NCBI RefSeq assembly: GCF_006345805.1 | Contig: NC_043017.1 | Coordinates: 13,764,001 to 13,828,000 of the forward strand | Direction of reading: 5' to 3' | DNA: 64,000 nt | Source of the DNA: Octopus sinensis | Taxonomy: Eukaryota | Shown: positions 1 to 13,000 of the stretch, in pieces | How positions within the stretch are numbered: position 1 is the stretch's first letter | Layout: each line of letters begins with the position of its first letter | Notes under the pieces: generated by a model | What the model was told of the DNA's origin: nothing | Seen by the model: only the letters and a program-made list of their open reading frames with translations | The model's database searches: none | Position numbers and translations under genes: made by a program

Positions 1-17
1 ATATATATATATATATT

Positions 18-48
<31 letters not shown>

Positions 49-480
49 CTATATATGTGTGTGTGTGTGTGTATGTGTGTGTGGTATGTGTGTGTGTGTA
101 TATGTGTGTGTGTATATGTGTGTGTATATATGTGTGTGTATATATGTGTGTGTATATATGTGTATATATATGTGTGTATATATATGTGTGTATATATATG
201 TGTGTGTATATATGTGTGTGTATATATATGTGTGTATATATGTGTGTATATATGTGTATATATATATATGTGTATATATGTGTGTGTATATATATATATG
301 TGTATATATGTGTGTATATATATATATATGTGTATATATGTGTGTATATATATATATGTGTATATATGTGTGTATATATATATGTGTATATATATATGCG
401 CGCGTCGTAATATATTACAATATTACACACGTGTTATATAGTTAACTTCATATATCGTGGATATATATATATATATATAT
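1..480. repeat. Compound (TA)n/(TG)n microsatellite; similar large tracts at 900-1020, 20740-21160, 24660-25130, 49985-50265, 55255-55500
   Basis: Directly visible; these generate the VCVYI-type ORFs in the track. Confidence 0.95.
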
Positions 481-929
481 TAGAAATGTACAGTAGGTAA
501 GACCTAGATAAGCTCAGTGTAAAAATAAAAAAACATGTAGTAGAGCTCAAATGAATTTGAACCTAAACCCCGAATTCTCCATCCAAGGCAAGCAAGGCCC
601 ACAATATCATTGCTCTAACATTATAAGATCGCCTATATATATATATAATTTCTGTGTATGTATTTTGGGTAGATATATATACAGTTGTCGTTAGTAAGTG
701 TGAATGTCCATACACACACACATCCATCCATCCATCCGTCCACACTCGAGACGAAATAATATGTGTTGGTTGGTTGTCTACGGTCGGCGTCGTCATCTCT
801 ATGAATGTCCCTGGCCATCAGATCTGTCTTTAGCAACCGTTGGTGGCAGGGACAGACAGACAGACATGTTAGTTTCTGCTCACTCCATACATACTTTTTG
901 TCACCTCTCTCTCTGTCTATATATGTGTG

Positions 930-984
<55 letters not shown>

Positions 985-1462
985 GACATGAGAGACGTGT
1001 GTGTGTGTGTGTGTGGCAATGACAGACATGTTGGTTCCTTTCACATCATTTTTGCCTGCGTATAATATATAAAATGTATGTATAGAGATACAGCCACGGA
1101 GTGTATGAGATATGTATATGTAGATGTGTTTTATTGGTAGGATATATATATATATAATGTGTGTGTGTGAAAGAATAAAGTGCAATTTGTTGATATGTGA
1201 ATCAGTTCCATTGATGTATGTATGATGTGTGGTCCTTGTTTGTGAAAAAGCTATGATGTATATCATTCTTGATTATTAAGGATTGTTTTCTTATCGTAAT
1301 GTGTGTCTCTACATATAAAGCTACCAATTCAATATATATATATGTATACATACACACACACACACCCTGCTTTGTTCCATTTATGGCTACAGATTTTGGT
1401 TAAAGTCTTCGAGATCCATGACGCATGTAAGACGACAAACAACTCACACAGTATTGTACACA

Positions 1463-1507
<45 letters not shown>

Positions 1508-3560
1508 ATATATATATACTCGTTATGAAAGCAATATCTAAACCTTATATATGTATGGCTTACTTTCTCCCTTCAGGACATTTCTGTCTTGATGTTACGT
1601 GCCAATATATATATGTGTGTGTGTGTGTATATGAAGTGGTGTTATATAATGTGGTGTATATATCCACGATTGATACGACCACGTATATATATATATATGT
1701 GTGTGTGTGTGTTCACTCTTTCCCTCCCCCCACACGATGTCTATTAATGGTGGACATATATCTGTTAGCAACGTGTTGTCACTGAAATGACGTGTTGCGA
1801 ATATTTCCATCTTAAACACTATCATCATCATTATTATTGCTATATTATTATTATCATCATCATCGTCGGGTTGCACCTCGGATTTCTTTCCTCGAAAACA
1901 TCGTCCCCAGTAGTTTTACCTGTTGACATTTCCCTTGATCTTATGAGATGTGTGTGTGTGTGTGTGTGTGTGTAGATGCTGCTGTGGCCGAGTGGTTTGG
2001 TATTTCGCTTCGCAATTATGACGTCTCGGTTTCGATTTCATTACCCGGTTATGATGTTCGAGTGTGTGTGTATCCCGTTTAGGTTAACTTCGAGTTGGTC
2101 CCAAACTTGAGAGTGAAATTGGGTTCACGTAAAGTGTGGAACCCCCCACCGTCTGTAACCTGTAATTCAACGGGGGCAGCTTTATTACGTAAGCTCAAGT
2201 GTCTGTGGAGTACTGAAGTCACTTACACTGGAATTCACTGAATGAGACAGGCAGTTCATGAAACAACCAGAAAACCCATCTTCGAAACTAGTGGAAATCC
2301 ATTTACTTTGTGTGTGTGTAGATATATACACACACGTGTTTACGTATATATATATGTATAGGGGTGCGTGTATGCGAGAAGCAAGGGTGATGAGAACCTA
2401 GTTTTTACCCGTGAAAGCATGGGTTCGGACCTTTGGCGAGGTAATTGTTTCTGGTTCAGGAGATTTGATTACGCTTTCGGCTGAGTGCAATAATGGTTGT
2501 AGTCGAGTGGTGCAATATCCAGGGGGAAAATTCGTCTCATCGCCATACATATATTTATGATGATCGAGCATTTATTTCAGTCGTGACCATCACGTCTTGT
2601 TCTTTCTTTCTTTTTTTTGTTTTTTTTTGTTTTAACGTAGCGTGTGATTTGAGGGGGAACTTTGGTTCCTATTTCTCGCTGCCCCGAATGATCACGTAGT
2701 CTCACGTTGCTTGTTATGTACAACCTATTTCTTTATTACCCACAAGGGGCTAAACACAGAGGGGACAAACAAGGACAGACATAGGTATGAAAGTCGATTA
2801 CATCGGCCCCCAGTGCGTAACTGGTACTTAATTTATCGACCCCGAAAGGATGAAAGGCAAAGTCGACCTCGGCGGAATTTGAACTCACAACGTAACGGGC
2901 AGACGAAATACCGCTAAGCATTTCGCCCGGCGTGCTAACGTTTCTACCAGCTCGCCCTTGTTATATATACAACCACCGACCAAGTACAAGTCTCACGTGT
3001 TCAAACTTGCTGCAGTCTTACTTAGTATTCGTGTCATTCTGGGAGCGGGACAAGTCTTAACTTACTCTGCTTGTCTCCTTGTTGCCAACAGGATGTGCTC
3101 AAGAAAAAGAAAGTTGCCAAGTGTTTCTAGGCAAACACTTATTCGACGTTACTTTTCCCTGCAGGTGTTCAATGCAACAACATCCTGCTGTAAATATATC
3201 TAACCGAATCACGGGGAGATACCAGGCGTCAGGCATACATAACTCTGTAGAAGTCACCCTGACATAGCCACACACACATTTTTATGAATATATTAAACAA
3301 ATTTAAATACATTTAAGATGAATTATCGAGATCTCTGATTTGTTAGTGTCTTATTCGTAACCTGGTGTTGTGTGTGTATGTGTACATACAGATATGCATG
3401 CATACCACACTTGCGTAGTGTGTGTGTGTGTGTGATTATCATTTAACGTCCGTTGTCCATGCTGGCATGGGTTGGACGCATGTGTGTGTAGTGTATATAT
3501 ATATATATATAAGCATACATGTGTGTAGTTTGTATAGAGGCATGTGTGTGTACATACATG

Positions 3561-3596
<36 letters not shown>

Positions 3597-4102
3597 CATA
3601 CGCATGGTTGTGTAGTGTGCATGCATGTATGTACACACACACTCCTGTGTAGAGTACAAGTCTTTCATGGAAACTTGTGCAATATTATCTTATCTCACAA
3701 CCCGAGCCAATCACTACAATGGAACTTAGAACTTTCATCTGTCACCTGTGTATGCTTCAAACCATGCAGGTCTGTAGCAGGACTGAATAGTCAGCTGAGA
3801 GGTCATAGATGGAATGTCAGAAATGCCATTGATAATGAGGAAGCTCAGAGAGAGAGAGAAAGAGTAATTGTCTGTAAAGATGGAGCTATCACCACACACA
3901 CACACATATATATATGGATATTTTCCAGTTATAGTGAAAATGTTTTTGTACTAAGTGAATACAATAAAAGCAGGGGGAAAAAAATTAGGTTTAGAACAAT
4001 AATATAATAAGATCTAAATATGTTGAGATAAATCAGACAGCTGAACATAAAGCCAAGCTGCATACTGGAATATGTATAGTATGTATTAGTGTATGCATGT
4101 AC

Positions 4103-4145
<43 letters not shown>

Positions 4146-4332
4146 TAGTATACATGTTAGTATGTACACACACACTTCTATATATAGAATACAAATCTTT
4201 CATGGAAACCTATGCAATATTAAATCAAATTTGGGGATGTCTTAAAATACTGAAAATATTTCTTTTGTGCAAAATGTTAAGCGAATGAGCTCAGTAAAAG
4301 TGAAACAAATCAGGTTCCAAGTAATCTCTATC

Positions 4333-4697
4333 TCTCTATATATAAATGGCAAAATGTCTGTGTGTGTGTCCTTTATACAAATCCACAATTTTTCAGTTAG
4401 AGGGCTTTGCACTTTCTATGGTCATTCAAAACTGTCCAAGGGTGGTCGTGCACATCTTTACATTTCCCCCCAGTCACCCCACAAAGCCATTAAAAATCAA
4501 TAGAAGTGATTTTTTTGTGAATTTTCTATCCAAAACCCAATCAAAATGCCCGAAACTTGATACGCCAATTGAATGCCAGCTAGCTGTATGTAATTGGTTG
4601 GAGATTTGGACAGTACTTGCATGTATGAGTGCACGCACGCAGCTGTATATGCATGCACTAGCACTATGACCCGGCATTGCCGGGTCATAGTGCCAGT
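4333..4697 (+). mobile_element. Non-autonomous Helitron-like element
   Basis: 5' TCTCTATATATAAATGGC..TGTCTGTGTG and a 3' perfect 16-bp hairpin (4661-4676/4678-4693) followed by CAGT, a CTAG-like end. Confidence 0.65.
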
Positions 4698-4944
4698 CTG
4701 TTATATAAAGCACAAAGAATCACTTGGTCAGTGGTTCAAGCAAGAAGTCGGTCAAATGTATTTGTGTTCTTGATGTTTCAGACTGTTTCTCTCTATCACT
4801 AGTTTCTGTGGTCACAGATATATTCTTCATTAAATGGCTGCAGTCAAGATGAATTACACTTTGTTGTGCCAGGAATCTCTCTCCCCAGTTAAGCTTTGGT
4901 AGGTCCTTAGTTTCATGCTCAATGTCTCTGCTAATAACATCAAT

Positions 4945-5045
4945 ATTGTCAAGTGGTCTTTGTCCTCTATTAGATTGCACTCGAGTGGTCTTTATCCTCT
5001 ATTAGAGCGCAGTCAAGTGGTTTTCGTCCTCTATTTGAGTGCAGA
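4945..5045. repeat. About three copies of a 32-bp minisatellite
   Basis: caagtggtctttgtcctctattagattgcact-like unit repeated. Confidence 0.75.
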
Positions 5046-5603
5046 GGTTTGACATTCCATACAATTGTGTAAACAGCAATAAGTTCATATGACTCACTTT
5101 GCAGTTACCCCGATGATGGGATCAAATGTCCATATACTCCTATGAATGCCTGACTGCTAGAAACACAGTCATGTCCAGGGCTTTATACTTAAATAGCATT
5201 TTTCGAATTCTTTATATAAGAAGTACTGCAGACTGTTAAAATTCTAGATATGAGTATCTACATCAAGTTTCATTTGTATGGATAGCAATGGAGACTTTCA
5301 AAGAGTTTACTATAGAAGCATTCTGATGACTGCACTCATACTACTTAAAGAAAGACAAGGCAATTGTTGACAGTTTCTCAGTTATTTGGCTTCACAATTG
5401 ACTTTTAAAGACTAAAGTGCTTTTGTAGTGTACCTTCAACAACATAACACTGAAAACAGCTTCAAGTGTCTGAAGAGTCCCACCTGCAACAGAAGAGTAC
5501 TGGAAAAAGAAATCCTATTGAAACATCTGCAACACTAGGATGTTGGCTATTTCAGAAAACTGTAGGTCTGCAATGTTGTGGTATACTTGTACTTTGTATG
5601 AGA

Positions 5604-5801
5604 CAGGGACACTGCATCATAGACAGATTGTTTGAGCAGTTTTTACGACTGCTCCCTATAATCCATCTTGTAAATTTGCTGGCAGGTATGTGTCTCCAAC
5701 CTCAGGGACACTGCATCATAGACAAATTGTTTGAGCAGTTTTTACAACTGCTCCCTATAATCCATCTTGTAAATTTGCTGGCAGGTATGTGTCTCCAACC
5801 T
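5604..5801 (+). repeat. 99-bp tandem duplication (2 copies, 2 mismatches)
   Basis: Unit cagggacactgcatcatagac...gtgtctccaacct starts at 5604 and at 5703. Confidence 0.9.
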
Positions 5802-6106
5802 CATCGTCCAAGACAGGGCCATCTCTACTGTATTAAAGTGATCTTCTAGACTCAATCTATTAATTTGGAGATAACTTTGTGATCTGTATCGACAAGTCTT
5901 AGGTTGCCCTAACAGCTATTCTGCAACAAGTGGGAGCATGACAATCTACTAAGGGTCACTCAAAGAAGAGGTATTATGATGCTTCTGAACAGCAACTTTC
6001 AAGGTGAGTGGTGGTGGTTGCAACACCTCAAGACAAGCTATATAACACATAGAAATTTGTCTGCTTCCATTAAACTCTCTTTTGCTGAACTGTTAAGTTA
6101 TGGTAC

Positions 6107-6846
6107 ATACACACACCAACACCGGTTGTCAAGTGGTGGTGGTGGACAGACACAAAGACAGGCATATATCTCTCTCTATATAAATGGCAGTTTGTCTGTC
6201 TGTGTGTCTGTCAGGTTGTACTCTCAACCTGACCACGGCTTTCAACCGATTATGATGAAACTTAACTCACACATAGCCCAATGTCATAATTCAAAACTAA
6301 CGCAGCGAAAATTTTGAAAAGTTCCCCCAGTTCTGAAAAAAAGTGATACATTCGACATGGGGTCGAGAATCTAAGCTTTTTATTTGCAACACATTTTCTG
6401 TTGTAGTTTTTGCAACTTGCAATCGATTTTCACCAAACTCATGGTGAAGCTTAATGTTACCCTAAGAAACTTAATTCTGACGTTAGTTTTCCATGCAATA
6501 CTTTACCATCAGAAAAAATCGATAAAATCATGCCATTTTGGGAAATCGCGTTCAAATTCAAGATGACATATTTTCGACAATATCTTTCACAAATTGGCAG
6601 GAATTTTTTTAAAATTCACAGCGGGCATCATGTCTGCTCCAGGGGCTCTTACATACCCGGGCAATGCTGCTAGTATATATATATATATATATATATATGA
6701 CAGGCTTCTTTCAGTTTCCATCTACCAAATCTACTCAAGGCTTTGGTTGGCCCAAGGCTATAATAGATGGCACCTGTCCATGCAGTGGGATTGAACTCTG
6801 AACCATGTGGCTGGGAAGTAAGCTTCTTACCACACAACCACACCTG
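6107..6846 (-). mobile_element. SINE-B copy (degenerate), split by the Helitron-like element
   Basis: 3' half at 6107-6165 and head half at 6698-6846 both match the SINE-B consensus in reverse. Confidence 0.65.
6172..6674 (+). mobile_element. Non-autonomous Helitron-like element inserted in the microsatellite of a SINE-B copy
   Basis: Same 5' start (tctctctatataaatggc..tgtctgtctgtgtgtctgt) and 3' end tacccgggcaatgctgCTAGt. Confidence 0.65.
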
Positions 6847-6850
6847 TTCG

Positions 6851-7060
6851 ACATTTTTACGTCCACCTTAGCGATGGTGGAGGTATTGTTTTCAGTCATG
6901 CTTGTTTGTTTGTCCATGGACATGAAATCTCAAGAACCGCTGGCTAGATCCGGACGAAACTTACAGATGTTTGGCCTCATGACTGACATGAACTGATTAG
7001 ATTTTGGGATTGATCTGGTACCGGACAAGGATTCTAGATTATTTGGTATATTTACTTTAC
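6851..7060 (+). mobile_element. Helentron/DINE-like non-autonomous element fragment; related piece with 3' end at 7890-8065
   Basis: ttttacgtccaccttagcgatggtggaggtattgttttc..tgtttgtttgtc start and ggcagaggtttgtgctctttgagtac end resemble this element type. Both pieces share gatc(t/a)ggtac(c/t)ggacaaggatt. Confidence 0.4.
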
Positions 7061-7519
7061 ATGAAGTATTATGATCTTACGTTGACTTTGAAGTCGTTCT
7101 CCAATTATCTCCCTTGAAAGCACACTCATGGTTTCCATGTAAGTTATGGTGAAATTGCGGTTTCCAAAGTTTTATTTTCGCCTCTCTATTATCAATTTTA
7201 CTCGCGTCTCTCTGTTAGTAGAAGCTGATGGATAAAGAAATCAAACTACATAAACAAAAGGCAGCAAAACCATTCAGAAATTAAATAACACTAACATATT
7301 CGGTAACAATAATAAATTTAATTTATCCTCAACAATTTTGAATTTAAACGCTCTTGTTTAAAACATCTTACCTACTTGACAATTGCATTTATAGCTTTGC
7401 CTTCAAGGAAGTTTTACTTCTTGGACTTATATTTTTGTGTGCAACGATGTTGTTAACAGCACCGTATGCAGGTCCTTTCTGTTTCCTTTCATGCACAGAT
7501 AAATTTTTCCCTATAGACC

Positions 7520-7748
7520 TTAACCCTTTAGCATTTAAACCGGCCATATCCGGCCAAAAGTATTCTGCCTGTTTTATGGTCAAACTGGCCAGATCTGGTC
7601 TCTCACACCAGCCCTACAATGTCGTTTTAAAAATTAACAGCTACCTCATCAAAATCTCATAGCACCAAGATAATGCCTGATTAGTTCAAGGCAATGTGGA
7701 TAAAAAAGGATTAATTTTGGCAGAATAATGCGAACACTAAAGGGTTAA
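7520..7748. mobile_element. piggyBac-type MITE family 1 (TTAA TSD, CCCTTTAG termini); other copies 52060-52268, 59804-60033, 60050-60264, about 62320-62535
   Basis: TTAA-CCCTTTAG...CTAAAGGG-TTAA. Removing it restores the Gypsy reading frame DL-N-GHK. Confidence 0.85.
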
Positions 7749-8618
7749 TGGTCATAAAGACACTATATCAGTGGATAGACTGAAAAAGGCCTTCATAGAG
7801 AAAACTATCCCTGTTCCCACTGCAGATGACACACACATGGCATTACAAACATGGCCTGCATACCCACCTTCACATTCCATGACTACCATTGGGGTTGATC
7901 AGGTACTGGACAAGGATTTTGGATATTTTACCATTTTTTTTACTTAATTTTTGGGAGCATTCAGGTTCATTTTTAGTATTCTTGTTTTAAAAATCATCTA
8001 TCCAGCTAATTGTTGAGAGGACATTAGTGTTGCCTTGGCAGAGGTTTGTGCTCTTTGAGTACTTTTGTTTACTATATGGATTGGGTTCCCTGTTGACAGG
8101 TCTCTGAAATTAAATAAAATGTTAAGTACTAATGGTATGCAAATTTGCAGCTCCAGTTTTTCGTAACTCCTAAATTTGATGTGTGTATATAAACAGAATG
8201 GGTTCTCATTTCTCTGGGATTAGGCAAGTGATGTTGACACCAGATGAGACCCCAATAAGAGTTAAAAAAATTGATTAAAACTTTTCACAATTTTTTTTTC
8301 CAATTTACAGAGAAATTGGTAAAATTGACATGTTTGTATGCCTACCACATAAATTCACTTATATGCATATATGTATGTGTGTATGTATATGCACACACAT
8401 ACATACCAAGTGAGCACATAAGTGCAAAACAAGGTGGAAAATATGGTACTCAAATATACTTTATATTAAAGCTGCAAAATTATCACAGCTGTTACTCAGA
8501 GTTTCATGTTCCTGTTAGACAGTTATAATGTGAGTTTTCATCACAACTATCCTACAAATGGGAACGTGAAACTCTGAGTAATAGTTCTGTAATAATTTTG
8601 CAGCTTTATATATATATA

Positions 8619-8907
8619 TATCACGTGACCGACCAGACCATCAGATGTTGTTACACATCGCTGGTCACAATGCGTTCGCATTGTTTTAACCTTCGAATGA
8701 CGCCACCCCGCTGGCTAAGCGAGCAGGCCAAACAGAAGAAAGAGTGGTGAAAGAGTAAAGCAGGGATCACCACCCCCTGCCGGAGCCTCGTGGAGCTTTT
8801 AGGTGTTTTCGCTCAATAAACACACACAACGCCCGGTCTGGGAATCGAAACCGCAATCCTCTGACTGCGAGTCCGCTGCCCTAACCACTGGGCCATTGCG
8901 CCTCCAC
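8619..8907 (-). mobile_element. SINE-A' (same tRNA head as A, different 3' half), in (TA)n
   Basis: Head near-identical to SINE-A; 3' half gctaaaacaatgcgaacgcattgtgaccagcgatgtg...ggtcacgtga. Confidence 0.85.
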
Positions 8908-9314
8908 TATATATATATATATAATATCGACATAGAACCCCACCTCCCCTTCTTAGGGCTGTTATGTTGATACAATGGATCAGCCAGGACTTACTGCTGT
9001 AGAATGGAGCGCAACACCAATACTTGGATGGTTCTGATTTCATCTGGGAAAACATGAGATGGAGTACTTTGTTTAAGGACACAATGTACCATCTGGCCTA
9101 GAATTTGTGTGCCCATGGCTGAGAAGATTGAAAATAGAGGACATCGGACGGTTAACAAATAGAATTAGAACCAATTATAATTTACATATATGAATCCAGT
9201 CAAGGGAGGACTGTGACAATGAACAGACAATAACGAGAGAAGGAAAGAACACATTTTACATAACCAGAGAAATTTCTTTTATCACTGCCAGTCTGATTTT
9301 ATATATATATATAT

Positions 9315-9609
9315 GTGGAGGCGCAATGGCCTAGTGGTTAGGGCAGCGGACTTGCGGTCGCAGGATCGCGGTTTCGATTCCCAGACCGGGCATTGTGAGT
9401 GTTTATTGAGCGAAAACACCTAAAAGCTCCATGAGGCTCCGGCAGGGGGTGGTGATCCCTGCTGTACTCTTTCACCACTCTTTCTTCTGTCGGCCTGCTC
9501 GCTTAGCCAGCGGTGTGGCGTCATTCAAAGGCTAAAACAATGCGAACGCATTGTGACCAGCGATGTGTAACTACATCTGATGGTCTGGTCGGTCACGTGA
9601 TCACGTGAT
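9315..9609 (+). mobile_element. SINE-A' copy, inverted relative to 8619-8907; truncated third copy at 28650-28814
   Basis: Same structure, with tail (TCACGTGA)x2. Confidence 0.85.
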
Positions 9610-9617
9610 ATATATAT

Positions 9618-9657
<40 letters not shown>

Positions 9658-9659
9658 TA

Positions 9660-10904
9660 AAGGGTGTGGACAGGATTCGTTTGCATGATGACTGTCTCAG
9701 GAAAAAATAGTGTTTTTATTTTTTGAGATATATTCATTAAATTTGGCTGTTTATCTTCATGACATGTTCTGTTGATCTCACTCAATGAACCTGCTTTGGC
9801 CTTGATGACAGCTTCCAGATGACTTCAGAACTGGCCACGGGCCTTTGTCACTATCTCCTGTTTTCGGATTATGGTAATACTGGTAATACTAGCGCTCAGT
9901 TTATCCTTTGCATTGTAGCCAGATTTGTTGGTTTCTCATTCCATTGTGCCCCATACAAAAATGTTGGGGGCGGCGTGCAGACAGGCAAGTTGGGAGGTCA
10001 AATGTCATGTGCTGTGTGATTGAAGAAATTCTCTGACAGCTAGACCTGGGTCTTTCAGCTGGTGTGGCAGGGCACAGAATCTTGTTGCCACATGTACGAC
10101 CCCTTTGCAGCTTCCTGATCAATCCAGGGTATTACCACCTCGCTCAGAACAAAGATGTAGCTGTTGGTGTTCAGCCTGAGGCTCTCAAGCAAGAAGCGGG
10201 GTGGCATGATATCACCTTCACTGCTGATGACACTGAAGACCATGATTGTCACTGGAACTTTCATCTGTATGACTCTGGGTATGTCCTTCAGTGAGACAGT
10301 GAGCCACCTGTTGTTATGAGGGTTGATCTTTTGGTTTTGGGTGAAATTCTTCTCATGTCTGGTTTCAGCAGGTGGGTTGCTTTTCCTACATTGCCTTGGA
10401 CTGAAATTGTCCCTTCCTTACCTTGTATGAAAAGTAGCGAATTTCCTCGTGCACCACACCAGTCTGATGAGCTTTTCATTCACACCTTTCTCCCATGCAA
10501 TGACATGCATCAACTAGCTGGGATCATTGTTGATGATCTGGATTTCAGCAACAAGTTTCAGCATTCTGATGGCATCAGATCATTGACCATGGGTTTTCCT
10601 CTCTGCTGTTGCTTTGTAGTCAAATCTTGAATCTTCCAGCTCATCTCTGACCTTTCCCACCATCATTCTACTGACATTTAGGAAGTCTGAAATCTTGTTT
10701 TTCATTCTGGTGTGGATTCCAAGGGTGGCTCCATGCCTCTTCCACAAATTGGGAGGTTCAGAATTTTCCATAGTCTATTATTCTGCAAGAAAATAATGCA
10801 GAATGGTTATTGTTTTTAAGAAGGAAAAGATTTTATGAAAGTAAAAGAAAAATACGCATAAAATAAGCAGTTGAAAATTGCAAATGAATGCTGTCTGCAC
10901 CCTG
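9660..10904 (-). mobile_element. Full-length but decayed Tc1/mariner element, maT/DD37D-like
   Basis: TA-flanked TIRs (aagggtgtggacag / ctgtctgcaccctg). Transposase fragments KVPVTIMVFSVISSEGDIMPP, VVIPWIDQEAAKGSYMWQQDSVPCHTS and xPPN, with many stops. Confidence 0.85.
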
Positions 10905-10913
10905 TATATATAC

Positions 10914-13000
10914 AATCATCATTTAATGTTCCATGGTTGGATGGTTTGAGAAGGATCTGATTGGCCTAACAACTGCATTGTGTTCCAGTGTCTGTTCTAG
11001 CATAGTTTTTACACCTGGATGCCAATCCTAACACTAACCACTTTACAGTATGTATTGGTTTTTTTTTTCTTCCTGTGACAACAGCCCTAGTGATGTTGCC
11101 ATGCAGCTTGTAAGACTACAAACCCTGATGGTTAGCTTTATATTTGGAGATGATGGGTAAAAGTGTGAGAGAGAGGGCCAGAGCAGAACTGGTTTCTTGC
11201 TGTAGAGGAACTGCATGACTACTTAAATTTTAGAAGAGAGGATTGGTAGTGATAAGATGGGGCTGGAAAGGTAGACCTTCAAGGTACATCATTCGTCCCA
11301 GTCTTTTGTAATTGTCTCTGTGAGGTTCAATGTCCTGAGATTGACTCACCACACTTTGTTTCACATTTTCCTAGGTCTCCCTCTTCCTCAAGCTCCATCC
11401 ACATCAAGTGATCAGTACTTCTGTATACAGCTATCCTCATCTATATGCATCACATGCCCATACTAGCGTCATCTTTTTTCTTGCATACACACATTTAATT
11501 CCTCTTATGCCCAGTTTTTCTCTCAGCACATTTACACTGTCACTTATGCAATACTTACACTACACATCAATCAGAGCATGCTTGCTTCATTTCTTTCCAG
11601 TTTTCTCAAATCCTCTACATTCAAGGCCCATGTTTCACTTTCATGCAGCATTGCAGTTCTAACACAAGCATTATACAGTCTGCCAGTCACTCTAAGGGCA
11701 AGTTTTTACTCTGGCTACTATACTTTCAGAGCAACCACCTCCTTTGCTAATTACATCTCCTAGGTAACCAAAGCTATCAACTACTTCTAGTGAGTCATCT
11801 GGGTTAAGACAAAATATTTCCTGTGTGTTCATAGAACACACCACTTCAGTGTATCTATCACACACACAGCTTATATTCTCTGATAGTCTACCTACGATTC
11901 CACTACACTTCCTGTATATCCAAAATTTCCATTAGGTGCACTGTATGGAGTTTATACCAACCCCTTTTCTACATATTGAACAAGGCCATTTCCCTGAAGA
12001 TACTAGGGGCCTGTTGGGTTTACCGTAAGACCTTGATTCTAGGTTAAGTTTCCATGCCTAGAATTTCCTCTCATTCTCTTATAGATTCAGCTATGATGAA
12101 CTAAGTCATCAGTATTAGGAGTTCCCATGGAAAGCCTGTCTTAAAACTCCTCTGTGATGGCCTGCAGGACTATGAGGAATAGAAGAGGATGGAGGACTGG
12201 GCAATTCTGAACTCTTACCTTCATGCTAAATTTGTCACTGAAATCATTGCCAGCTTTCATTTTACTCACTCCATCTATATACCTAGCTTGTACATCCCTT
12301 TTGAACCATTCATCTGTGTCTAGTTTCCTCAGGGACCACTAAATTACTGTGTGTAGTACTCTGTCAAATGCTTTCTCCAAACCAATGAAGGATAGGAGTA
12401 GTAGTTTATTCTCCTGTTGTTTTCTCATTAGGAAGATTGTATCTGTGGTCAATCTTCCTGGGACTGTCAAACTACATATCATCTAGGTCTACTCAATTGT
12501 GCTATGATTCTCTTGGTGACCTTCATAACCTGATCCATTAGTTTGATTCCTTTATAGTTGCTTCACTCTAAGGTATCTCCTTTGCTTTTGTGGCAGTTTA
12601 CGGTGATACTGCAATGCCAGTCATTGGGTATGACACTTCTTTCTATAACTCAAACTATTTGGGTGGTAATCATTCAATAGATATTTTGAACTTCTCTGCA
12701 ACTATCCTTGATGGAGCGACTGCTTTCCCCTTCTTCATGCCCTTGATTGCTATATCTATCATGCTGTTGTCAACTAGAATCTACATGAAGTAGCCCCTCT
12801 AGCCTTTTCATTGTCTACATCCAGCAACCTCTTACAATAGTGCTTTCACTCCTCTGGACCTTACATTGCTGGGCACATGTAAATCTCTTCCCTTTTGCCT
12901 CTGTTTTAACCAAGTATATCTGTTGCCTGATTTCCTTTCAAGCCAAATGGTTATGCTCCTTACTAGGCATACAAAATGTGCAATATGGCTAAATGGTTAA
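10914..13000 (-). mobile_element. 5'-truncated decayed RTE-clade LINE (RT region plus 3' UTR and (GAT)n tail)
   Basis: Minus-strand motifs KGDTLExSNYKG (about 12560), LEKAFDRV (about 12370) and RGRGRPRK (about 11380). The 3' UTR contains ggatgcc..cctaac..caaccact, and a catcatcat tail lies at 10914. Confidence 0.8.

Larger units (their letters stand above)
5460..7810 (+). mobile_element. Decayed Gypsy/Ty3 integrase, broken by several later insertions
   Basis: Fragments translate to VFTTAPYNPS (about 5640), SFAELLSYGT (about 6080), TSWTYIFVCNDVV (about 7420) and TAPYAGPF..TDKFFPIDL/NGHKDTISVDRLKKAFIE (7455-7800). These match the TTAYHP, AELVYG, PPYDGP and DTVSIDRLK motifs of Gypsy integrases. 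Confidence 0.75.

Noticed and set aside
55-445. Long ORFs such as MCVCVCMCVWYV..., also at 20608-21343, 49970-50269 and 55233-55613
   Set aside because: They are translations of stop-free (TA)n/(TG)n microsatellites.
4720-4980. 86-aa minus-strand ORF
   Set aside because: It starts in a 32-bp (non-3n) minisatellite with an upstream in-frame stop, has no ATG or good acceptor, and shows no recognisable motif.
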